The notes under the pieces: model-generated
What the model saw: only the letters and a program-made list of their open reading frames with translations
What the model was told of the DNA's origin: nothing
The model's database searches: none
Shown: in pieces, positions 10,169 through 20,192 of the stretch
Layout of the letters: every line of letters begins with the position of its first letter
Position numbering within the stretch: position 1 is the stretch's first letter
DNA from: Spirochaetia bacterium
GTDB taxonomy: Bacteria > Spirochaetota > Spirochaetia > SZUA-6 > Bin103
Direction: 5' to 3'
Length of the DNA: 64,000 nucleotides
NCBI GenBank assembly: GCA_965203905.1
Contig: CBDBDQ010000005.1
Span: forward strand, 5,056,001 to 5,120,000
Translations under genes and position numbers: made by a program

Positions 10169-12232
10169 ATGACGAGGACTATCGTTGCGCTACTGATGGC
10201 GCCGTTGTTGACGTGCGGTGCACTGGTTTTCGCAGGTGCCGCCACTGAGGAGACGGCAACGGACACTGCCACTGTCGGCTCCGGAGCCGGAGCATGTGAG
10301 AAGGTGTTGGTGGGCGGTCTCTACACCTGGTGCAAGAACTGGCTGGAGACGCCAACCGCGTCAGAGCTCGGCATCACCCAGTTCAACGAGGCGCCCACCC
10401 TCGCCGCGCTGGTGGGGAGTGGGGAGTTGCCGCCGGTGGAGGAACGTCTGCCCGAGGACCCACTGGTCATCGCCACGTACGACGAGGTGGGAGAGTACGG
10501 AGGCACGCTGCGCGTGGCCCGCACCGGCCCCGGCGACTACGGTGATTTGCTTCGCGGCGCCAAGGGATGGTTGTTCCGAGCGGATCCCAGCACCAGCAAG
10601 GTCCTTCCGCACCTGGCGAAGGGATGGGAGATTTCGAGTGACCTCCGGTCGCTGACGATTCAGCTTCGCGAGGGTGTCAAATGGTCCGACGGTGTGCCCT
10701 TCACGGCCGACGACATCATGTTCCTGTACACCTACGGCTTCGCCGACCCCGACGTGCAGGATAGCTGGCGCCGTGGATGGGTGTTCGACGGGGAGCTGTC
10801 GCGGTTCGAGAAGATCGACGACTACACCGTACGGATCAACTTTCCCCGGCCGGTATCACCGGTCATCGTGAAGTCCAACCTCAACTGGTTTCGGTCGCGC
10901 CAGGAGTTTCTGTTCACCGCCGCGCACCACATGCAGAGGTTCCACAAGGCGTTCAACCCCAACGTGGAGGCACTTGCCAAAGAGGAAGGCTACGAGAACT
11001 GGGTGCAGCTATGGAATGCGGCAGTCGAGATACAGCCACGGCAGCGGTACACGCAGCCGGAGACCGGGCCGTGGGTCATGGAGAGCCGCGACTCGGCGGG
11101 CAAGAATATGGTGCGCAATCCCTACTTCTGGGCCATCGATCAGGAGGGCAACCAGCTACCCTACGTAGACGGCTTCCATGCCGAGTTTTTCTCGGATCCA
11201 CAAGTCGCCATCCTGAGCATGATGCAGGGGACGATCGACATCGGCGGACGCCTGATGAACCCCGCGGACTTCCCACTCTACAAGGAGAACGAGGGTATCG
11301 GCGGCTACCGCGTGCGGGAGTGGCAGGACACGAAGACAGCGCGCGTAACGTACGCCTTCAATCTCAACCACGACGACCCGGTGAAGGGACCGATCTTCCT
11401 GGACAAGCGATTCCGGCAGGCGATGTCGTTGGCCATGAATCGCGACGAGATCAACGAGTTCGCCTTCCAGGGTCTGGCCATTCCGCAACAGTTCACGGTG
11501 GACTCGGGAGCGGAGTTCTACGATCCGGCCTGGGCTCAGGCTTACGCCGACTACGATCCGGACCGAGCGATGCAGCTGCTCGAAGAGATGGGCATAAGCG
11601 ATCGCGACGGTGACGGCTGGCGTGAGGCTCCGGGTGGTGAGCAATTCGTCATCGACATGAACGTCCGTACCGACTCGGTGCTGGGCACCATGGGCTTCAG
11701 CACGAGCGAATTGGTGCGAGACTACTGGCAGGAAGTGGGCGTCAAGGTCAACTACAAGCAGATCTCCGACGAGCTCAATCAACAGCTGACGAACTCCAAT
11801 CAGCTCGACCTGGTAGTGTGGGTTGCGGGGAGCTATCTCCCGACCAGGCTGGCACCCCAACGATTCGGGACCGGCTCGTCAGGCTACGCCGTTCACTGGA
11901 ATGACTGGCTCGATCATGAGATCTGGATCGCGGCAGGCAGGCAGGGCGAAGAGCCGCCACAGGGCCAGGAACCGCCGGCCGAGTGGAAGCGCTACATTCA
12001 GGATCGCATCGATTGGAACAGCGCTGCCAGTGACGCCGAATTCAACCGCCTCGGCCGGGAGGTGTTTGCCCAACATGCGGACCTGCTGCCGGTGATCGGG
12101 ACCGTGGCGAAGGTGCTGCGCCCCATCATTATCAATGACCGCGTGCGCAACGTTCCCGACACCTTGCCGTTTGCCTTCGAGACGCTGCTCTGGACCCAGC
12201 CGACACCGATGCAGTGGTTCATCCGCGAGTAG
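10169..12232 (+). CDS. ABC transporter substrate-binding protein, family 5; paralog of 1661-3733
   Basis: Same motifs (NWLETPTAS, GELPPVEERLP, RNPYFWA.D..GNQLPY); transcribed divergently from the permeases. Confidence 0.92.
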   Translation: MTRTIVALLMAPLLTCGALVFAGAATEETATDTATVGSGAGACEKVLVGGLYTWCKNWLETPTASELGITQFNEAPTLAALVGSGELPPVEERLPEDPLVIATYDEVGEYGGTLRVARTGPGDYGDLLRGAKGWLFRADPSTSKVLPHLAKGWEISSDLRSLTIQLREGVKWSDGVPFTADDIMFLYTYGFADPDVQDSWRRGWVFDGELSRFEKIDDYTVRINFPRPVSPVIVKSNLNWFRSRQEFLFTAAHHMQRFHKAFNPNVEALAKEEGYENWVQLWNAAVEIQPRQRYTQPETGPWVMESRDSAGKNMVRNPYFWAIDQEGNQLPYVDGFHAEFFSDPQVAILSMMQGTIDIGGRLMNPADFPLYKENEGIGGYRVREWQDTKTARVTYAFNLNHDDPVKGPIFLDKRFRQAMSLAMNRDEINEFAFQGLAIPQQFTVDSGAEFYDPAWAQAYADYDPDRAMQLLEEMGISDRDGDGWREAPGGEQFVIDMNVRTDSVLGTMGFSTSELVRDYWQEVGVKVNYKQISDELNQQLTNSNQLDLVVWVAGSYLPTRLAPQRFGTGSSGYAVHWNDWLDHEIWIAAGRQGEEPPQGQEPPAEWKRYIQDRIDWNSAASDAEFNRLGREVFAQHADLLPVIGTVAKVLRPIIINDRVRNVPDTLPFAFETLLWTQPTPMQWFIRE

Positions 12233-12288
12233 GGTAGGTCCACCGGTGCCGCGCGGCCGATCTCGTGAGCGTACGTAAGGAGCAACCT

Positions 12289-13254
12289 ATGCCTGGTCTC
12301 AGTGAGAGTCAGATCGTTCAGTTCACCGATGAGGGGTATCTGGCGCTCGAGGACGTGCTTGACCCGCGACAGGATCTCGATCCGGTGGTCGAAGAATACA
12401 CGGTCATCATGGATCGGCTGGCAAGAGATCTGTTCGCCGCCGGCCGGATCTCCTCCACCTACTCGGATCTGCCGTTTGCCGAACGGCTCACCGGGATCCA
12501 GTTCGAGACCGGCGAGAGCTACACCCAGCATTTCGATATCGCGCTACCCAAACGGGGTGTCGCGGAACAGACACCGATTTCTGTCGGTCCGGCAGTCTTC
12601 AATCTGCTCCGCAACGAAACGCTGCTCGACATCGTCGAGTCACTCATCGGACCTGACATCTTCGCCAACCCCATTCAACATGTCCGGCTGAAGCAGCCGG
12701 TCGACAGCGCGCCCGGCGCTCCGGCAACTGAGAGCGCCGGGGCTGCTCCCGACTGGTTTCATCAGGACAACGCCTTCATGATGCCCGAGGCTGACGCTAC
12801 CGAAATGGTCACCGTGTGGCTTCCCCTGGTGGACGCAAGTGTGGAGAACGGCTGCCTCGCCGTGGTTCCGTTCAGCCACCGTGACGGGCTCATGCTGCAC
12901 TGTAATCCCGGCGTGACGATCCCGGCACAACACACCCTCGTCGACGAAGCCGTGCCGGTGCCGTTGCGGCGGGGAGGTGTGCTGCTGATGCATCGCTTGA
13001 TGCATCACGGCCCGCTGCCCAACCACAGTGACACGGTTCGCTGGAGTTTCGATCTGCGCTACAACCCCGCCGGCCAGCCGAGCGGCCGAGAGGTACAGCC
13101 GGGCTTTATTGCGCGCAGCCGGGCGCGGCCGGAGACCGAGATCCGCGACCCCGAAGAATGGGCGGCGCTCTGGCACCGGACCCGTGCCAGCTTGGCCGGG
13201 CAGCCTGATCCCGTCTACGAACGCTGGTCCTCCGACGAACCAGGATGCGCCTGA
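12289..13254 (+). CDS. phytanoyl-CoA dioxygenase (PhyH) family 2OG-Fe(II) oxygenase
   Basis: F..EGYL; HQD; VTVWLPLVDASVENGCL; HHG..NHSD.VRWSFDLRY. Confidence 0.9.
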   Translation: MPGLSESQIVQFTDEGYLALEDVLDPRQDLDPVVEEYTVIMDRLARDLFAAGRISSTYSDLPFAERLTGIQFETGESYTQHFDIALPKRGVAEQTPISVGPAVFNLLRNETLLDIVESLIGPDIFANPIQHVRLKQPVDSAPGAPATESAGAAPDWFHQDNAFMMPEADATEMVTVWLPLVDASVENGCLAVVPFSHRDGLMLHCNPGVTIPAQHTLVDEAVPVPLRRGGVLLMHRLMHHGPLPNHSDTVRWSFDLRYNPAGQPSGREVQPGFIARSRARPETEIRDPEEWAALWHRTRASLAGQPDPVYERWSSDEPGCA

Positions 13255-13276
13255 GATTGGATGTCGAGTCGCACAG

Positions 13277-13370
13277 CTATCCCTTCAGTGCGCCTATCAT
13301 GACGCCCTTCACGAAATAGCGCTGCGCGAAAGGATAGATCAGCAGCACCGGTACGCTCGCCACGATGCGG
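13277..13370 (-). pseudogene. C-terminal remnant of a carbohydrate ABC permease
   Basis: Manual translation [29 protein letters not shown]. Confidence 0.75.
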
Positions 13371-13492
13371 TGATGCGGCAGCAGCAACCCTTCGTGGACA
13401 GCGCTCGCTGGCTTCCGTCGCAACCCAGTGACTCGATCTGGAGTGTCTCGCGCCGACTCACCACGGCAGGTGCTCCGGGCACGCCGCGTCGT

Positions 13493-15196
13493 TCATGCCT
13501 CCTCATCCTCCCCACGTTGGCCCTCCTCGACGGCGAGAAATCCGGCTTCCCAGGACGGATTGTTGGGACGCGGTGCTTTTTCCACGTTGCGGTAGTGCCT
13601 GGTCTGGGTCTTCCACACCGGCGCAGGACCATCGGCGGCTTCGGTGCTGGCTCTACCCGGCACATCGCTGCGGTGGGTGATAATCTCATTCCAGCGGGCG
13701 TTCTGGCGGTCGCGTTCGAGGCGACCGTCGGGATCGGGCAGAGTGAAGGTATAGGAGTAAAGCTTTGCGTTCTTGAGGTAGAACTTGGCGAGTATGCCAC
13801 CGCGGTAGTCCTCACGTAGCTCCAGCGGAGAGCGGCCGGGCTTCCACGTTACCTGCTGATTCTTGCCATTGGCCGTTATCGGGACACAATCACTCCGCAT
13901 AAAATTCGGAATCGGTACGCCATAAGGGCTAAGCAGCTCAACCTCGACTGAGCCGCCACCGGCATCGGCGTTCACCACTATTTCCTGAGGTGGCCCCCAG
14001 GGCTTCGCGACAAAGAAGCCTTCGCTGCTTCCAGCGTCGAAGGAGACCCAGTGATCCTCCGGCATCTTTGCCAGAAAACAGTTGGAGGAGCCGCGCGCAT
14101 CGCCACGAGATTGCGCCAGGTACTCTTCCTGGGACCAGGAAGTGTGGAGGTAGGAGTTGGCGTGATAGTAAATCCAGGTGTCGCCGTTGAGCACTACAGG
14201 ACCGTTCCTGGCAGGAAAAATTATCCTGTCCCGGTCTCCCTCCTTGCCCGCGGGAACGACGGGTGACCGATCCGCCGGCCGTGACCACTCTCGTCCATCT
14301 CGACTGTACGCAAGTTGCACTTCGAGCGCACCTACTTGCTCGAATGTTACACTCTCCGGTGGTGGGTAATATACGCTGTGCAGTTCTGCTCCCGGGAGAA
14401 AATACATCGTCCCCAACATGCCCAGACAGAAATCCTCGTAGAAGAACGGCGCCAGTCCATGCAGATTGTACATCTCGGGAGGATCGTGTTCATCCGGGAC
14501 CAGGACACGGCCCCGGTCCACCCAGTCGATCAGGTCATGACTCTCATACAGAGAGAGGTCACGAGGGACATTCGGCACGCGCCGGGTGAACAGCAGGTAC
14601 TTGCGCCGGTCGCGGTCATAGATCAGTCCCCAGAGGTCGTCGCTGACACCACGCAGCACCGGGTTGACGTGCTTGGGCCGTTCCCAGCGGATGCCATCGT
14701 GGGAGTAGGCCAGGCACAAGGGTACATGATAACCCGCCCAGCGGTCTTCCCTGCTTTCCACGTCGAAAATCATCTTGTAGCGGCGCGCGGGGATGTCACT
14801 GGGATCGTCGATGATGTTGTAGTTGAGGGAGAGCATCTCCGGGAATATGTAGTTGTTCTGCTTGGAGCCGTTTATCTCCACCAGATTGAGGATGGGCTTC
14901 TCCCAGTGGATGCCGTCGGTGCTGGTAGCATAGGCGGTCTTTCTTCCGCGCTCCCAGTATTCGCCCGGTCGAATACCGGTAACGACATACCACATCTTGA
15001 AGAGCTTCTCGTCATGATCATAAATTACGTTGATATAGTTGAGAGAATCGGACTTGTCCACATCCCACGGGGCGTCGAGTTTGACGACGGGTTCGGGGTG
15101 TTTCTCCGCCCGATTTACCTTGCGCTGAAGATTGTGTGTCTCCAGTAGATCGAGATCGTCGATTACGAGAAACTTGTACCGGCAAACATCATTCAT
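13493..15196 (-). CDS. five-bladed beta-propeller glycoside hydrolase-like protein (GH32/43-like)
   Basis: Repeated Asp-box-like motifs YATSTDGIHWEKP, AYSHDGIRW and AYSRDGREW. Confidence 0.7.
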   Translation of the reverse strand: MNDVCRYKFLVIDDLDLLETHNLQRKVNRAEKHPEPVVKLDAPWDVDKSDSLNYINVIYDHDEKLFKMWYVVTGIRPGEYWERGRKTAYATSTDGIHWEKPILNLVEINGSKQNNYIFPEMLSLNYNIIDDPSDIPARRYKMIFDVESREDRWAGYHVPLCLAYSHDGIRWERPKHVNPVLRGVSDDLWGLIYDRDRRKYLLFTRRVPNVPRDLSLYESHDLIDWVDRGRVLVPDEHDPPEMYNLHGLAPFFYEDFCLGMLGTMYFLPGAELHSVYYPPPESVTFEQVGALEVQLAYSRDGREWSRPADRSPVVPAGKEGDRDRIIFPARNGPVVLNGDTWIYYHANSYLHTSWSQEEYLAQSRGDARGSSNCFLAKMPEDHWVSFDAGSSEGFFVAKPWGPPQEIVVNADAGGGSVEVELLSPYGVPIPNFMRSDCVPITANGKNQQVTWKPGRSPLELREDYRGGILAKFYLKNAKLYSYTFTLPDPDGRLERDRQNARWNEIITHRSDVPGRASTEAADGPAPVWKTQTRHYRNVEKAPRPNNPSWEAGFLAVEEGQRGEDEEA

Positions 15197-15228
15197 AGAC
15201 TGCTCCTTGAGGTCTGGGCACAGTAAGG

Positions 15229-15645
15229 TCAGAGGATCTCGATGCGTCGTTCGCTACAGACGGAACTGAAGTCGCGGAGGTTGAACGTCAGCATGGCGTC
15301 TACCCTTATGTTGGGATCAGTGATGACGGAGTGCAGTATTGCGTCTACCAGGCTCAACGGATGTCCTGCTTTGGCACGCGCAATCACATCTTCGTAAGCT
15401 GCGTCGCGATAGGGGGAATCGTCGACAAACTCTGTCTCGGGAGCGTTGGCCAAGCGTTCAAACTGAGCAACCTTGTCCGGATCGCGGACCAGCCGTGTAT
15501 TGATCGTCTCGTACAATATGGGCCAGGGCAGAACGGCAGGGAACAGGTCCAACCAATACTGTCTATCAAGCGCCTCGGAATGATAAGGATCACGTGGTTC
15601 TACGAGTGCGAAGAAGAACCCAGAATCGATCAGTATTCGCTGCAT
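15229..15645 (-). CDS. PIN-domain (VapC-like) protein
   Basis: ILIDSGFF; ILYETINTR; LSLVDA; LTFN.RDF. Confidence 0.8.
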   Translation of the reverse strand: MQRILIDSGFFFALVEPRDPYHSEALDRQYWLDLFPAVLPWPILYETINTRLVRDPDKVAQFERLANAPETEFVDDSPYRDAAYEDVIARAKAGHPLSLVDAILHSVITDPNIRVDAMLTFNLRDFSSVCSERRIEIL

Positions 15646-15965
15646 TACTCGTCATCATCACCGTAATCGTCGTCAAGAGTACCGTAGCCATCCCAGGGAG
15701 AACGCTTGCGTCTTCCGAAGATATATTTCCCTTTTGATTTCCCGTTTTCTTTGTAAATCACGTAGATGCGTGACTGTTTACTTAAAGAAATGGTCCTTTC
15801 GATCTCATTCTTCAGGCACTCAACCAAGTCACCGTCGTAGGTGAAATGGAGGGTGGCTACGCTGCTCCCGCACTCCTCGGCACCGTTGTCATCGAGCCAA
15901 GTATACAAGGAGCTGTAATCTCCTCGTACCCCCAGATCAAATGATAACCAGATTCGCGCTGTCAT
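15645..15965 (-). CDS. hypothetical protein, possibly Cas2/VapD-like ferredoxin fold
   Basis: 106 aa; WLSFDLG..GDY..LY.WLD; acidic tail; 1-nt overlap with the PIN gene; low GC. Confidence 0.6.
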   Translation of the reverse strand: MTARIWLSFDLGVRGDYSSLYTWLDDNGAEECGSSVATLHFTYDGDLVECLKNEIERTISLSKQSRIYVIYKENGKSKGKYIFGRRKRSPWDGYGTLDDDYGDDDE

Positions 15966-16022
15966 GGTCGTTGGGAGTCTAGCACGGCACTGGGACCGTG
16001 TCGAGACCTGAGCTTGATGTGA

Positions 16023-16268
16023 CAGGACTGTCCCACGCTACGCGACCAGCCGGCTGCAAGTCGCTGCTCGCGCTGCCCCGGACGACACCCGACTACCCAA
16101 CTCGCACCCTGGCGAGCGTCGATCAGGTGACCTCGTCTGGCGACGATCCGTACTACCGGCTCATTCCTGGACACGTCGTACAGCGAACGAACCCACGCAC
16201 CTGAAGGCGACCTTGGAACATCCCTTGCCCATACGGGATGCAGACGTCGTTCAGCATGGTATGGCCTG
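16023..16268 (-). mobile_element. internally deleted, ORF-less derivative of the HNH element
   Basis: 16023-16152 matches 17046-17175 (3' arm plus last HNH codons); 16153-16268 matches 19028-19160 and the reverse complement of 3888-4030. Confidence 0.75.
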
Positions 16269-16351
16269 GCACGGTCCCCCAACGGGCCCTTGAACGACGC
16301 CACCGGCAGTCGCTGAGCCCGGTCCGTAAAAGCGCGGGCGACGGCGCGCGG

Positions 16352-17035
16352 ATGGGCGCGCTGATCACGCCGGTGGGGCGGTGGCTGGCGCCGTATCAGC
16401 CGGCGCAGCGTTACCACCTGCTTGACCTGCAGCGGGTGGCGGCGGAGGATCTGCCCTACCGCAACCTGCTGCGCGCGGTGGTGCGGCTGGAGCAGAGCCG
16501 GTCGTGGGAGGACGTCAAGCGGGTGATGGGGGCGTTGCAGCGCTGGTTGCCGAAGCGTGGCGCGGAGGAGTTGCGGCGCGGGTTCGTGGATTGGATACGG
16601 CAGATTGCCGAACCGCTGGCGCCGGCGGGAGCGGTGGTGCCGGAGATACGGACGCTGGAGGAGGCGGGAATGTCGTTGGTGGAACGAGTCGCCGAGTGGC
16701 CCAAGCAGTGGCTCCAGGAAGGCCGCGAACAAGGCCTTGCGGAAGGCCGTGCACAGGGCGTTGCGGAAGGCCGTAAACAAGGCCGCGCCCAAGGCGTTGC
16801 GGAAGGCCGTGAACAAGGCCGTGAACAGGGCCTTACCCAGGGGTTCGACCAGCAGCGGACACTGCTGTGCCGGCTGGCGGCGGCGCGCTTCGATGCCGAC
16901 ACCGCCGCCCGCCTGGCCGACCTGCTGGCACCGGTCGCCGACCCGGAACGGCTGGCCGAGGTCGGTGACTGGCTGGTGCGCTGCGACACCGCCGCCAAGT
17001 TCCTCGCCCGCTTCGATCCCGCCTCGCGGGGCTGA
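16352..17035 (+). pseudogene. 5'-truncated Rpn/YhgA-like (PD-(D/E)XK) nuclease; C-terminal part intact
   Basis: YQPAQRYHLLD...LEQSR...ELRRGF..W...LEEAGMSLVERVAEW.KQWLQEGREQG repeats...ERLAEVGDWLVRC. Confidence 0.75.
16718..16833 (+). repeat. in-frame 12-bp tandem repeats encoding (E/Q)G(R/L/V)(E/A/K)
   Basis: GAAGGCCGCGAA CAAGGCCTTGCG GAAGGCCGTGCA... typical of Rpn C-termini. Confidence 0.8.
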
Positions 17036-17045
17036 CGTCCGCGGT

Positions 17046-19160
17046 CAGGACGCTCCCACGCTACGCGACAAGCCCGCTGCAAGTCGCTGCTCGCGCTGCC
17101 CCGGACCGACACCCGACCACTCAACTCGCACCCCGGCGAGCGTCGATCACGTGGCCCCGTCTGGCGACGATCCGTAGTCCCGATGCCGGAGACGGTGGTG
17201 AGCAGCGCAATGTAGCCTGAGATTACCCGGCTCGGCGCTGCCGCCAAGCGCGAAGGGAACGATGTGGTCGAGCTCCAGCAGGAAGCGGGAGCCGCAGCGC
17301 CGGCCGCTGTGCGGATCGACGTAACTGCAGCAGCCGCCGTCGCGGAGCCACACCTCGCGCCGCACGGGTGCCGGAATGTAGCGGGATCGGCGTGCCCGGT
17401 GGGGCGGCCGCGCGCTGCCTGCGGAGGGGCCGGCTGCTGCCGGCCGCGGCGGCGCTCGGCCATCGGCCTGCACCGCCGCCGCTACCCGCTGCGCCGCCCC
17501 TGCCCGCTTCGCTGGCGAAGGAGCGCTGCGACCGCGATCCGCCGCTGCCTGGGCGGTCGGCATGCCCTGGTCTGGCGGCCGTGACGCCGGTACCGTGCCG
17601 CGGGACCCACGATCTGCCACCGACTTCGCTGGCGAAGCAACGGCGCCGGGCGCCGCCACCGCTGGCCGGGCACTCACCGGGGTGCTGCTGCCCCAAGTCT
17701 CGCGCCCCGCCGGCGCCACGGACAGCGCTGCCAGCGCCGCGGTGCCGGCGCCGCCATTCCCGCGCGCGGGTTCCTCTGCGGACAGCGCTGCCGGCGCCGG
17801 GGTGCTGCCACCAGCGCTCGTGCCCTCCGGCGTCGGCGACACTCCGGGTTGCTGTTGCGCGCCCCGCTTCGCCGGCGAAGTCGCACCGCCGGCCGGCCCT
17901 TCCTGCGCCTTCGGCTCCGGCGCCGGGCCCGCGCTTGCCTCGCGGCGCCCACCCTTGCGCCCGCGTGGCGGTCGCCCGGGGTCGTAGCGCTGCAGACCGT
18001 CCTGCACCAGCCGCTCCACGAGCTGCCCCAGCGTCAGGTGCGGGTCCACGTGCGACAGCAGTGCCCGTAGCTGCTCGATCCCGAGCTGACAGGCAGAGTC
18101 GATCGCCACCTTCAGCTCCCAGCGGCCGTCGCCCAGTGCCCGCATGCGATCGGCCGGCCGCGCCACCTCGGGAGCCACCCCGGCCAACAACTGCTTCACC
18201 TCGCGGGTGCTCTTGCCGCTCGCCTGCGCCACCAGCTCCTGCCGCTGCGTCGCCCCCAGCGCCGGCACCGGGCTCAGTGGCGTCGCTGCCGCGGCCCCGG
18301 AAGCCCCAGCTTCCGGAGTCGTCTCTGCACCGCGCAGGAGCAGCTCCGGTGCCGCGGGTGCCGAGCCGGGGTCCGCGGCACCGGTCGCCGTGCGCTGCAG
18401 GAGATCGAAGGTGTTCTGCAACTGCGCCGCCGCGCTCAGGGTGAGCGAGCCGTCCTGCAGCCGCTCGCGGGTCCCGGCGGTCTCGGAGCACAGGCGCATC
18501 GCCTTTATGCGGCGCCAGGCGGCGCCTTCGCTATAGCCCAGTTCGCCCACCGCGTAGTCGAACAGGCTGGAGAACCCGAGGCGCAGGTGCAGGTGGCGCG
18601 CCTGGATCTCGCGCAGGTGGTCGAGGACGGCGAGTTGCAGCGCCTGCTCGTGCAGGACGAGGGACCTGGTATGCGCCAGCAGCACCTGGTCGGGGAGCCC
18701 GGAGAGCGAGGAGGAGAAGCCGGGAGCGCTTACGGTAGGCATGGCGTAAATATAATCATGGATGAGAAATGGCCGGTTACGGCAAGTCCCGGAACCGGCG
18801 CCGGGAAGGGTGCAGGCCGGCGCTGGCGGGTGCTGGCGGGCCTGGAGGGCGTGACGGGATGTTCGAAGGGTCGGAGGGGCCGGAATGTGCGGCAGCGGGC
18901 CGTCACGAGCAGCGCCAAACCCGTCAAGTGCCCAGCGCACTTTTTTTTGGCACTTTGCAGAATCCTGCACCCTGGCGGCGACGTGGCAGCAACGCAGCGG
19001 CGGAGATCGGCGTTGCGGGTGGGCGGCAACGGCTCATACTTGGACATGTCGTACAGCGAACGACCCACGCACCCTGAGGCGGCGATCTGGCAGGGGCCGG
19101 CCATCACCGCAGTTCGGCCACACACGGGATTCAGACGTCGTTCAGCATGGGATGGCCCTG
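17046..19160 (-). mobile_element. HNH-protein element copy 2
   Basis: Full-length homolog of 3888-5987, including both arms. Confidence 0.65.
17147..18742 (-). CDS. HNH endonuclease with DUF222-like N-terminus; paralog of 4316-5884
   Basis: Near-identical N- and C-terminal domains; the ATG follows the same CATGATTATATTTACGCC. Confidence 0.88.
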   Translation of the reverse strand: MPTVSAPGFSSSLSGLPDQVLLAHTRSLVLHEQALQLAVLDHLREIQARHLHLRLGFSSLFDYAVGELGYSEGAAWRRIKAMRLCSETAGTRERLQDGSLTLSAAAQLQNTFDLLQRTATGAADPGSAPAAPELLLRGAETTPEAGASGAAAATPLSPVPALGATQRQELVAQASGKSTREVKQLLAGVAPEVARPADRMRALGDGRWELKVAIDSACQLGIEQLRALLSHVDPHLTLGQLVERLVQDGLQRYDPGRPPRGRKGGRREASAGPAPEPKAQEGPAGGATSPAKRGAQQQPGVSPTPEGTSAGGSTPAPAALSAEEPARGNGGAGTAALAALSVAPAGRETWGSSTPVSARPAVAAPGAVASPAKSVADRGSRGTVPASRPPDQGMPTAQAAADRGRSAPSPAKRAGAAQRVAAAVQADGRAPPRPAAAGPSAGSARPPHRARRSRYIPAPVRREVWLRDGGCCSYVDPHSGRRCGSRFLLELDHIVPFALGGSAEPGNLRLHCAAHHRLRHRDYGSSPDGAT

Positions 19161-19199
19161 TTGATGTGACGACGAACCTGCCCACGTCCGACATGGGGG

Positions 19200-20095
19200 A
19201 GACAGTCGGTGCAAGCTGGCACTGGCGAACTGATAACGATCCTGGCGTAGTACAGGGACGCAACGCGATGCCGTCGCGGCGCTGGCGGTCGTGACCGCCG
19301 TACAGGAGCGTGGCGCGATCGGTGGCAACGCTGGTGTGCCGGCACCACCAGCGCAGGCCGGCGGCCAGTTCCGGCGCCACGGTCTGCGCCAACTTGATCT
19401 CGACCGGGTGCGGCGTTCCGGCATGCTCGATCACCAGATCGACCTCGTGGCCGGTACGGTCGCGCCAGAAGTACAGTGGCGGCTGCAGCCGGTGGTGGCG
19501 ATACGCCTTGATCACCTCGCCGACGAGGTAGTTCTCGAACTACGACCCGCGCAGGGGGTGGGTGACCAACTGCCGTTCATCGCTGACGCCGAGCAGGTGG
19601 CAGGCGAGGCCGGTGTCGACGAAGTAGACCTTGGGGCTCTTCACCAGGCGCTTGTTGTAGTTGCGATGATAGGGCCGTAGCAGGTGGATCACGAAGCTGG
19701 TAGCCAGGACCGATGTCCAGCGCCGCGCGGTGTCCACCGCCACCCCGCAGTCGTTGGCCAGGGACGCGCATCAACAGGAGGTTCTGCGATCCCGTCAGGA
19801 TGTAGTTCCCGGTGTGCTCGGGGTGGTCGACGGCGACCTGGATCGCCGAGGGCAGATCGGGGACGCGCTGCACCTCGTCGATGATCACCGGCGGCCGATA
19901 GCGGTCCAGGAAGCCGTGCGGATCCTCACGCGCAAAGCGGCGCGACTCGGTGTCCTCAAGGGTTACGTAATCGAACGCCGGAAAGGCCGCCCGTGCCAGC
20001 GTGGTCTTGCCCGATTGGCGCGGGCCGGTGAGCGTGACGACCGGATAGTAGCCCACGTCACGAGCCAGGTACGTATGCAGCGTGCGCCGCAGCAT
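19200..20095 (-). pseudogene. AAA_14 ATPase / DUF4143 protein with internal deletion and frameshifts
   Basis: LTGPRQSGKTT, IIDEVQR and LTGSQ, then RLVKSPKVYFVDTGL and YFWRD..GHEVDLV in other frames. Confidence 0.8.
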
Positions 20096-20192
20096 AGGTG
20101 TCAGATTTACGATCCAAAGCAAATTTGACAAATCGTGATGCACCTGGAGTTGCGCGGTGCGGAGTGTTCCGATAGAGTTGGTCGTTGGAACC

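Noticed and set aside
16718-16833. CRISPR-like array
   Set aside because: Contiguous 12-bp in-frame coding repeats with no unique spacers; typical Rpn tail; no cas genes in the window
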